Below, in pieces: positions 18,718 to 25,555 of a stretch of 26,782 bases of DNA. The stretch is from a virus (taxonomy: Duplodnaviria > Caudoviricetes), in IMG/VR virus record IMGVR_UViG_3300049485_000039, positions 1-26,782 of that record, one strand, 5' to 3'. The notes below the pieces were generated by a model. That model saw nothing but the letters and a program-made list of their open reading frames with translations, did not search any database and was not told the origin of the DNA. The first letter of the stretch is position 1. Each line of letters opens with the position of its first letter. A program made the translations under genes and the position numbers.

Positions 18718-18750
18718 CGATGAATGCCCTATGCGGGCGATCTCTAGGCT

Positions 18751-19098
18751 TTAGGCCCAGAAGCTGAAACGCTGAACAGCACCATAGGTGCGGGTAACCT
18801 CGTTGTACTCTGCCATGAGGCCGCTCTGAGACACAGCCCTGAATGGCGCCTCTGTCAACACGGCATGAAGCGCATGCATAAGCGTGTTGCACTCGTTGCG
18901 AGTCTTTGACCAGACCCAAAACTGCAAAACCGCATTACGTCTGCGTGTCGCATCCCCGCAGAACGTGGAGATTGGGATGCCGCCGACCTGTTGATAGATG
19001 GCAAACGGATAGACGATGGCGGCAGGGGCCGTGTCAGGACTCAGGCCGCCAGAAAACATGCTTGACACCGAGGTAACGATGTCGGTTTCGAGGCTCAC
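18751..19098 (-). CDS. Tail terminator/completion protein (DUF3168-like)
   Basis: PD.AP....P...YQQVGG, Q..VWS.TR, Y...TR.YG..Q.FS.W. Confidence 0.88.
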   Translation of the reverse strand: MSLETDIVTSVSSMFSGGLSPDTAPAAIVYPFAIYQQVGGIPISTFCGDATRRRNAVLQFWVWSKTRNECNTLMHALHAVLTEAPFRAVSQSGLMAEYNEVTRTYGAVQRFSFWA

Positions 19099-19640
19099 AA
19101 TTCCTCCTGCGCACGCCGCTTCATGGCTTCCATGCCAGCGGCAAACGCGGCATCGCGCCTATCCCACGCGGGCTGTATGTATGGCTTGGCAGGAACCCAA
19201 ACAGGAATATCCAAGCGGCCAGGCAAGTCATGTGCCTGAGGTCCGCGGGCATTCTTGTTCGATTTACTTTGCAGCCACGATCCGTTTGCATATCGGTTAT
19301 ACAGCCAGTGTCCGTACTCGATGAAAGCCCAATGCGGGGCTTTTCTTTTGTTTGGCCCGGCGTAGTAAACCTGCTTTGTCTGGCCTGACTGCTTTGGATC
19401 GTGCCAGTGATACATCGCTCCGTACAAGTCGCCTTCTTTCACAGGCACATTGGCTCGCATGGCAAGATAGAACGTCCGTGCAGTCGTGGCAGCGCCTGAC
19501 CTGAGCACCTTTTCGAGAATCGTTTTCTTGTATGACTCAAGTGCAGTCGCAAAGTCGGCATTCAGGCTTACCCGAACACCATTGCGCTGCACCAATTGTG
19601 CAGTCTTTGATGCGCGTTTCACGGTACGGGCGTTAGCCAT
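19095..19640 (-). CDS. HK97 gp10-like tail component
   Basis: PV..G.L...M, KAPHW.FIEYG, PAKPYI.PAWD. Confidence 0.88.
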   Translation of the reverse strand: MANARTVKRASKTAQLVQRNGVRVSLNADFATALESYKKTILEKVLRSGAATTARTFYLAMRANVPVKEGDLYGAMYHWHDPKQSGQTKQVYYAGPNKRKAPHWAFIEYGHWLYNRYANGSWLQSKSNKNARGPQAHDLPGRLDIPVWVPAKPYIQPAWDRRDAAFAAGMEAMKRRAQEEL

Positions 19641-19983
19641 CACTTGCCCCTACGGCACAGCCCAAATCGATGTAGTTGTTGTCTTCCAGATCAGGCAACA
19701 CTACCCGAATGTCGTACACGGTAGACCCGTCAAGGAGTCGATGACCAGCAACCACATCATCGCGCTTGCGGATACGGTAGCTGGTCGTCGTGCGGCTAAC
19801 CTCAGTGCCACCAGCCTGCATTTCGTTGTTGACGTAGCCCATGCCTGATTGAACGCGAGGACACGCCCGAACCGTGGCGAAAGTCGTCCACGCATTCAAC
19901 AGTTGCCCCCACGCATCACGAGTCGCCGACTTGCGCTGCAAAGCGATCTGTCGGGTGAGGGATCGTGAATTCAGCGTGCCCAT
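19633..19983 (-). CDS. Head closure protein (SPP1 gp16-like)
   Basis: L...I.LQ......D.WGQ....W..FATV.A, IR.R.DV....R......YDI..V. Start MGTLN at 19983. Confidence 0.9.
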   Translation of the reverse strand: MGTLNSRSLTRQIALQRKSATRDAWGQLLNAWTTFATVRACPRVQSGMGYVNNEMQAGGTEVSRTTTSYRIRKRDDVVAGHRLLDGSTVYDIRVVLPDLEDNNYIDLGCAVGASDG

Positions 19984-20546
19984 GCATCCTCGAACGGAAA
20001 GCACGTCAAGGCGGACCCTGGCGTGCAATTGATGATCTCTGAACCCCTGCCATTCAATGCGTCAAAGCGAGGCGCCCAATGCGCAAAGTGTTCCGGCTCG
20101 GTGTTCCTAAGCGGGGCTTTGTGCTTCCCGAAGAAGTGCGTTCCGTGCATGTCGAACCCGAATAGCTTGATCGTTTTCGCCTTGGCCTGAATAGCAACAT
20201 GAATTGCTTGATAGCCGCTATTCCCTCCCGTGCGCAAGTGCGTCGGCCTGTCATCGAATCCTTCGATACCGGCCTGTTGCAACAGCATCACCCGATCATC
20301 CTGGCATGACGCCATACACGTAACCTTGAGCCCCTTGAACTCCAATGCATCTTTGTTCTCGCGCCACCACTGACCATCTGCGGCATACAGCACTTCCGCC
20401 TCTGGTTTGAGGCGAAAGGCATCATTGACAACTACAGACGGACCATCCCATCCATCACACTGTTCGCGCGTGAGGCTAGGCCCGGTTGCGAACACCGCTA
20501 CCGTCTTCCCCGCAAATATCGGCGGGACCGACCACCTGACAGCCAT
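19971..20546 (-). CDS. Maf/MptE(DUF115)/Cst-II-like Rossmann protein, putative glycosyltransferase
   Basis: VAVFATGPSL, VVNDA, LYAAD..W, GNSGYQAI..A.....TI.LFGFDM, IINCT match the sialyltransferase/Maf-like fold pattern. Confidence 0.65.
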   Translation of the reverse strand: MAVRWSVPPIFAGKTVAVFATGPSLTREQCDGWDGPSVVVNDAFRLKPEAEVLYAADGQWWRENKDALEFKGLKVTCMASCQDDRVMLLQQAGIEGFDDRPTHLRTGGNSGYQAIHVAIQAKAKTIKLFGFDMHGTHFFGKHKAPLRNTEPEHFAHWAPRFDALNGRGSEIINCTPGSALTCFPFEDAWAR

Positions 20547-21202
20547 CAGGGCAGCAACTGAATCCGATACGGCTGCACCAATGACTCACGGGCATTGAAC
20601 AGCATCATGTAGTCTTCCGGCTTCAGATCGTCATACAACAACTGCACGCCTAGAAGGATTGCATCTTTCAACGCCCCAGGCACTGCCGCGGCATACTCGG
20701 CCTGCGTGACTGGCGGAGAGCCTTCAGGCGTATAGCCGGCTATGTAGTTCACCCTCACCGCATCCGGCCTGTCGTACAGCGTCGGGGCTGTGAATGATGA
20801 TGTGAACCGAAGCTCTGGCACCTGTTCGTCTGTCAGGTAGTAACTCGCTGGATCAATCGTCTGTAGCGCGTTGTCGCCGTCGAAGTAAGTCGCTGACACG
20901 ATGCTGACAATCGGAGGTCTTGGAACACGGATGATGCGGGTCAGCGTGTTGCGATTCGAGGAAATGACCCATGCGTCATTACTTACGGGGAAAGTAGGCA
21001 TCGACAGGCGCAGAGTCTGCTGAATCAACGCCCGGCGAGACATGACCTCCACATGATGCCTGGCAGCAGTGATGTGCCTCGCAAGCCGGCTGTCGTCTGG
21101 ATGTGTAGGCGGCGAACCAACCGTGTCGAGCCTAAGGTGCTCGTACACATCTTCAAGCGTGACCGGCTCGAAAGGCGGTTCGCTAATGACGGTGAGGTTC
21201 AT
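20546..21202 (-). CDS. Head-tail connector (gp6 / phiE125 gp8-like)
   Basis: PP.EPVTL....HLR.D, I.AAR..VE....RALI.QT, P.PP..SI.S..Y.D, AV.V.Y.AGY, VP..LK.AILL. Confidence 0.92.
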   Translation of the reverse strand: MNLTVISEPPFEPVTLEDVYEHLRLDTVGSPPTHPDDSRLARHITAARHHVEVMSRRALIQQTLRLSMPTFPVSNDAWVISSNRNTLTRIIRVPRPPIVSIVSATYFDGDNALQTIDPASYYLTDEQVPELRFTSSFTAPTLYDRPDAVRVNYIAGYTPEGSPPVTQAEYAAAVPGALKDAILLGVQLLYDDLKPEDYMMLFNARESLVQPYRIQLLP

Positions 21203-22248
21203 CAGTATTTCTTCCCGTCAAAGCCGAGTTGCGTCAAGTCTTTCCCGGCTCGGCCCTCTGACCCGCGTTCGCCCTTTTCACCCTTCAGACCATCGCGGCC
21301 ATCTCGACCGCGCTTGACGGATAGGCGCCACGCATCCGATGTGCCTGGTTTGTCTTCAGTGTTCTTTTGAGCGATCCACATTGAACCGTCCCAGGTTGTC
21401 ACGTCACCCTTTGTGTACGCCTCGCCAGCCTTGAAGATGCCGCGGTCAAGAAGAATGCCCCTGACGCTGCGACGAACATAGATTCGACCGTCCGTGTAGC
21501 GAGTGCAGCGCTCGACAATGCGGCCATCTTCGTGCTCTTGTTCTTCTTCTTCCGCGATGCCGTTCATGGCGACGTGCCAACCGCACTTTTCCAGATCGGC
21601 AGATTCTTCGAGCGGATCGGTCGCCCTGAAGCTGCGGATCACACCGCCTCGATACGCTGCGAATGTCCCGCGCTGATAACGCTTTGTGGTGTCGATGGCA
21701 TCGACCACATCAACCGCGATTGCATCTCTTCCAGGCTCACCGGGAAGACCATCGCGGCCATCAATGCCATCATCTCCTTTTTGCCCGTCGATGCCAGATG
21801 CACCTGGATCACCCTTATCACCTTTCTCGCCTTTGTCGCCCTTTTCTCCTGGCGCGCCGACAGCACCAGCCGCTCCGGTTTCGCCCTTTTCTCCACGCTC
21901 CCCGGGCTGCCCTGCCGCAGGCGGCTGGATGGCGTCTAACGCACGCATCACCGCGTCAAGAACTTCCTTGGTGATCTCCGCCTGATCTGCGTCTTTCCCG
22001 TCGCTCGGCTTCGGGATTGTTTCGACGGCCGATTTGACAAGCGCTTCGATCTCTTTCGAGTCAGGCAATGGACCTTGTTCGCCGGGAGGCCCCTGCTCAC
22101 CCTTTGGCCCGAGGTCGCCTTTCGGTCCAGGCACCGGCGGACGCGACTCCAATTCCTTGACCCGTTCGGCTAGCGGATTGATGTTCCGCGCAACAAAGTC
22201 TTTGACCGAGCCGAACAACTGGTCAGCAATCATTTTCAGTTGATCCAT
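21202..22248 (-). CDS. Collagen-repeat head-region protein with C-terminal ChtBD3/CBM5-12-like motif
   Basis: Two Gly-X-Y runs, Y.RGTFA.YRGG, and Y.KGD.TTWDGSMWIA......KPG.SDAWRL.VKRGRDG. Confidence 0.8.
   Translation of the reverse strand: MDQLKMIADQLFGSVKDFVARNINPLAERVKELESRPPVPGPKGDLGPKGEQGPPGEQGPLPDSKEIEALVKSAVETIPKPSDGKDADQAEITKEVLDAVMRALDAIQPPAAGQPGERGEKGETGAAGAVGAPGEKGDKGEKGDKGDPGASGIDGQKGDDGIDGRDGLPGEPGRDAIAVDVVDAIDTTKRYQRGTFAAYRGGVIRSFRATDPLEESADLEKCGWHVAMNGIAEEEEQEHEDGRIVERCTRYTDGRIYVRRSVRGILLDRGIFKAGEAYTKGDVTTWDGSMWIAQKNTEDKPGTSDAWRLSVKRGRDGRDGLKGEKGERGSEGRAGKDLTQLGFDGKKY
21722..22131 (-). repeat. Collagen Gly-X-Y triplet repeats (two blocks)
   Basis: GPKGDLGPKGEQGPPGEQGP and GQPGERGEKGETGAAGAVGAPGEKGDKGEKGDKGDPGASGIDGQKGDDGIDGRDGLPGEPGRD; boundaries approximate. 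Confidence 0.9.
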
Positions 22249-22249
22249 G

Positions 22250-22594
22250 TCATATCGACTCTAGTTCGTAGGTGGCTGCAATTAGCAGTGCTGCAATCCG
22301 CTCATCATCAATCTGCTGCATGCGTTGACGGCTTGGCGCGAATTGTTGCGGAGGTGCTGATGGTATTCCACCGCCAGGTGGCGGCGCGATGGATGGGGTC
22401 GCTGCGGTGCCATCAATGACGGCCTCGCCGGCTGTGAGGGCGCCGGATGTGAGGTGAATGGCACTGTGGGCCGCGGTTCCGGCAATGACCGCTGGGTCCG
22501 CCGTGAGAGCGCCGGAAGTCTGGTGAACAGTCGCTGCGCCCGCAATCTGAAATGCATCAGACTGGAATAGGTCGGGCTGGAAAGCGGTGGTCAC
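22250..22594 (-). CDS. Hypothetical protein with AFQxxxFQxxAFQ N-terminus and two 23-aa-spaced repeats
   Basis: GTG start abuts an upstream TAA; HQTSGALTADPAVIAGTAA and HLTSGALTAGEAVIDGTAA repeats. Confidence 0.75.
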   Translation of the reverse strand: MTTAFQPDLFQSDAFQIAGAATVHQTSGALTADPAVIAGTAAHSAIHLTSGALTAGEAVIDGTAATPSIAPPPGGGIPSAPPQQFAPSRQRMQQIDDERIAALLIAATYELESI

Positions 22595-22645
22595 TTACGA
22601 GGTCACGATCAGATCGCGCCAACTATTCGTGTAGTTGTTCATCGC
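22595..22645 (-). pseudogene. Relic 3' end of a homologous methyltransferase gene (AMNNYTNSWRDLIVTS*)
   Basis: 22602-22645 matches 22889-22932 at 36/44 nt; peptide parallels AMQNYTNAWRDLIVTL. Confidence 0.8.
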
Positions 22646-22676
22646 CACTTTCCAAATTCAATTAAGGCGCAAGCAT

Positions 22677-22868
22677 TTACTCTCGCTTTGTCATGACATG
22701 TTTGCGAAACTTGTCCAGCGACGAAAACGCATCCATTGCGGTTGCGGCGCCATCGACACGCACCCAGCTTGGCAGCGCCACGCCATGCAGCGTTCTTGGC
22801 GGCACAGAGACAATGCCGTGCCAGCCGTGCTTTGTCTTGCGAAGGTGGGGCTTCATGAAGCCTGGCAT
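22677..22868 (-). CDS. Hypothetical 63-aa basic protein
   Basis: ATG 1 nt after the methyltransferase stop with GGGAG upstream; fills the gap. Confidence 0.55.
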   Translation of the reverse strand: MPGFMKPHLRKTKHGWHGIVSVPPRTLHGVALPSWVRVDGAATAMDAFSSLDKFRKHVMTKRE

Positions 22869-22869
22869 G

Positions 22870-23505
22870 TCACTCCCGCTTGGTCAGCGTGACGATTAGA
22901 TCGCGCCACGCATTCGTGTAGTTCTGCATAGCGTATTGCTTGAACTCTGGATTCCTGCTCTCGATGGTCGCGTCCCAACTACCAGCCACCACATGATCGA
23001 AGTGGCAGGTATAGCCTGCGTGTGGAGCGTTCGTCGCCCTCCAATCGCGGTGCAGGTAGAGCGGATACCACTGGCTCATCGGTGGCCACTGGTGCGTCGG
23101 GTCGCCGTAGGCACAGGCGTGCGCCCAATTGGGGGTGATGATCAGGGCCGTGGTGTTGGGCTTCATCACGCGCCATAGCTCGTTGAAGAACGAGACACGT
23201 TCTGCCCCGGTCAGGTGTTCGACGAAGTGGCTAGAGCGGACTTCATCGACCGAGTTGTCCGGCAAACGCCCTTCAATGCCGGCACGCAATGGAAGTGCTT
23301 TGCAATGCGCTTCTGTTGTAGAAAACGTCCAAGGCGCAACAGAAACGTCGCCAACAACAGCTTGCCCAAAGTCAAGGCGGTCGATGCCAACCCAGCCTTC
23401 GGGGGTCGTCTTTCCGCATCCGATGTCAAGTCTCAGCGGCGGTGCCGGGGCTTCCTCGCCTTGCGGGGCGATTTCTACTTTGCGAAGTACGCTACCTTTT
23501 GTCAT
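22870..23505 (-). CDS. Class I SAM-dependent methyltransferase
   Basis: LRLDIGCG....GWVGID, PDNSVDEV.SSHFVEHL, FFNELWRVMKP, ITP.W....YGDPTH. Confidence 0.9.
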   Translation of the reverse strand: MTKGSVLRKVEIAPQGEEAPAPPLRLDIGCGKTTPEGWVGIDRLDFGQAVVGDVSVAPWTFSTTEAHCKALPLRAGIEGRLPDNSVDEVRSSHFVEHLTGAERVSFFNELWRVMKPNTTALIITPNWAHACAYGDPTHQWPPMSQWYPLYLHRDWRATNAPHAGYTCHFDHVVAGSWDATIESRNPEFKQYAMQNYTNAWRDLIVTLTKRE

Positions 23506-23515
23506 TCATGCTCTC

Positions 23516-24241
23516 CTACCAAACCATATCCACGGGACCGAATTTACCCTCAAGATCGTAGTGCCCCACCAGCACACCACAATCGACTGCGCAGCGGTAG
23601 CCGTGCCGTCTCGCGTCGCCCCAGAAGTAGAGGTCTTGAGTGGCAACGCCGCCCTCGGTCTGCGTCTTGAACCACGGCTTTCTGAGGTCCGGGTCTTTGA
23701 ACATCTCCAACCGCCAGAGGTTGAACCCCATGCCGGTGCCGCAGCACTCGACCAGTTGACCAGGAACCGGGGGCTGCGGGCGAAAGTTCGTCGTCGGATC
23801 GCGGGGGTCGCCCCAGATTTGCGCGTGCCCGCCCTCTCCCTTGAGCCAATACAGGCCGCCGATGCAGTCGTACTCAGGGTGCGCCTCTGCGCGCTCCAGC
23901 AACTTTATGAGCCCATCTGGCGGAACGATGTTGTCGTGCTCGATGGTCAGCAGGTACTTGAACTTGCTCAGATCAGGGTGGGCGAGGATGTTCTCGATTG
24001 CCTGGCTGTAGGCTTCTCCGACTTCCATCCCGACCGCGAACATGCGGTATAGCTGGTTGTTTGGCGGACTGTAGAGATTCATCCAGCTCGCCACTGCCTT
24101 GGTCGGCACCGAACCCGCGGCGGGGATCAGGACGATGGTGTCCAACTTCTTCCACGCTGCCGTCCCTTTGACGCGAGTGATGCTCGCGTCCAGGTCTGCG
24201 TTGTGCTTGCCGTAATCCGGCGCTACAAGTTGTGGTTTCAT
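23516..24241 (-). CDS. Glycosyltransferase, GT-A fold (GT2-like)
   Basis: Start MKPQL at 24241. YLLTIEHDN..PPDGL.KL (ExD), IGGLY, GTGMGF.L....MF, PWF, QDLYF, G.R.AVD..V.VGH. Confidence 0.82.
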   Translation of the reverse strand: MKPQLVAPDYGKHNADLDASITRVKGTAAWKKLDTIVLIPAAGSVPTKAVASWMNLYSPPNNQLYRMFAVGMEVGEAYSQAIENILAHPDLSKFKYLLTIEHDNIVPPDGLIKLLERAEAHPEYDCIGGLYWLKGEGGHAQIWGDPRDPTTNFRPQPPVPGQLVECCGTGMGFNLWRLEMFKDPDLRKPWFKTQTEGGVATQDLYFWGDARRHGYRCAVDCGVLVGHYDLEGKFGPVDMVW

Positions 24242-24276
24242 GCCCTGATCCATGCGTTGACGATGGTTGCCATGCC

Positions 24277-25554
24277 TTATTTTTCGATAAAGACCAAGCG
24301 CACCGAACCATCGGCAAGGTTTGATACGGGCACCGTGACGACCCCAAAGCGCACCGGATACGACACCGGGGCTGAATAGACCGGCGCAGACACCGCGACG
24401 GATGAGTTGCTGTACGGGATGACTGCTGTTCGTACCCGAGCCACCGCCCACGGATAACCTTGAACCCGCAGGTTGATCGACGATGATCCAAATGGTGTGT
24501 CCTGCACCGCACGGTCGGAGAACAGGCACCAGCGCCCAGCTTGCCCGCAACTGTACTTGCCAATGATCGCCCGGACAGCGTTCGCATCCCTCGATGCAAG
24601 CGCCACGATGCCAGCGCTCGGCGAACTCACTGCCAACCGCATACCGGCCATGTCTGCATACGCCTTGTGAACCCAGTAAGGTGCTTGCGTGTTGGTCTGA
24701 CTGGCCGTCAGCAGTCCGTCGAGTCCTTTGGCGCACTCGGATGGATCACCCACACCAGATTCACGATGCCAGCAGGCGAGGTTCGACCACTGCACATCCG
24801 CTTGCTCCATCGCGGCAAGCCAGGCCAGTGACCAACCGGGGATCAGGTGGTGCTGCCCGGAAGCGACCTCGTTGATGTGAATTTCCATCGACAGGCCGCG
24901 CGCAGCGAACATTGCCCTGGCATTCGCCGCATGGGTAGCGACATCGCTGGGGGTGTCGAACTCGTGCCACGACACGGCGGAATAGTTCAAGCCTTGCGCT
25001 GCCACGTAGTCCAGCGCCCAGTTGAGAATGATGGGGTCGAAGCGGGTCAGGCTCGGCATCACCAGTTTGGCAGTTGGATCGAATGATCTCAGAACGTGAT
25101 AGGTGCGGTGCAGCAATTCCAAGAACTGATCTGGCGTACCGCGCCAATTGGCATCTGGCTCGTTGGATACGTCCCAATAGTCCACGCGCGGGCCTTGCAC
25201 CGATTGCGCTGCGAGGGCTCGCAACCCGGCCTCATAGCCGGCCCAATTTTGATACGGGGCCTGCCCCAAGGCATCGCTTAGGACGATCTGCGTCTTTGCC
25301 CCGGCGTTCTTCGCGGCGACGTGCAAGTCCCATCGGCCGAGGCGCCAGAACTTCGGTTTCAGTGCCAGCACTAGATATGGATCAAGCCCCTCGGCGATAC
25401 CGGATAGGTAACCATGCAATTGGGCAACCGGGCCGGTTTCTTGACCAATGGTTAGAACCGGCCACGGTGCGGCGCCGATGGCATCGCCTCCACCACAACC
25501 CGCCAGCAGAATGGCTCCAGCCCGAGTGAAACTGCGTCTGGTCATACCGTACAT
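24277..25554 (-). CDS. Clan GH-A (GH39/GH5-like) glycoside hydrolase with Tat signal and lipobox
   Basis: Start MYGMTRRSF (ATG 25554 or 25545), LLAG-C lipobox, YWDVSNEPD acid/base motif, SWHEF, IHINE nucleophile, C-terminal beta-sandwich. Confidence 0.8.
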   Translation of the reverse strand: MYGMTRRSFTRAGAILLAGCGGGDAIGAAPWPVLTIGQETGPVAQLHGYLSGIAEGLDPYLVLALKPKFWRLGRWDLHVAAKNAGAKTQIVLSDALGQAPYQNWAGYEAGLRALAAQSVQGPRVDYWDVSNEPDANWRGTPDQFLELLHRTYHVLRSFDPTAKLVMPSLTRFDPIILNWALDYVAAQGLNYSAVSWHEFDTPSDVATHAANARAMFAARGLSMEIHINEVASGQHHLIPGWSLAWLAAMEQADVQWSNLACWHRESGVGDPSECAKGLDGLLTASQTNTQAPYWVHKAYADMAGMRLAVSSPSAGIVALASRDANAVRAIIGKYSCGQAGRWCLFSDRAVQDTPFGSSSINLRVQGYPWAVARVRTAVIPYSNSSVAVSAPVYSAPVSYPVRFGVVTVPVSNLADGSVRLVFIEK

Positions 25555-25555
25555 G

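Noticed and set aside
22677-22868. 63-aa ORF as an integrase arm-binding or excisionase fragment (HLRKTKHGWHGIVSVP)
   Set aside because: Only a vague resemblance; no catalytic domain or att site seen.
22602-22932. 44-bp imperfect repeat as a diversity-generating retroelement TR/VR pair
   Set aside because: Mismatches are not adenine-specific, changes are synonymous or conservative, the repeat is short, and no reverse transcriptase is in the window.
13931-24241. GT/MTase genes as a restriction-modification or DNA hypermodification locus
   Set aside because: No DNA MTase catalytic motifs and no nucleotide-modifying or replication genes nearby, and the context is late structural. Disfavoured but not formally excluded.
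24242-24736. Long N-terminal extensions in the ORF track (also at 723..1328, 8124..8672, 13518..13973, 14602..15186, 15908..16501, 19633..20028, 24277..25635)
   Set aside because: They overlap upstream genes extensively; downstream starts with stop/start coupling and family-typical N-termini fit better.
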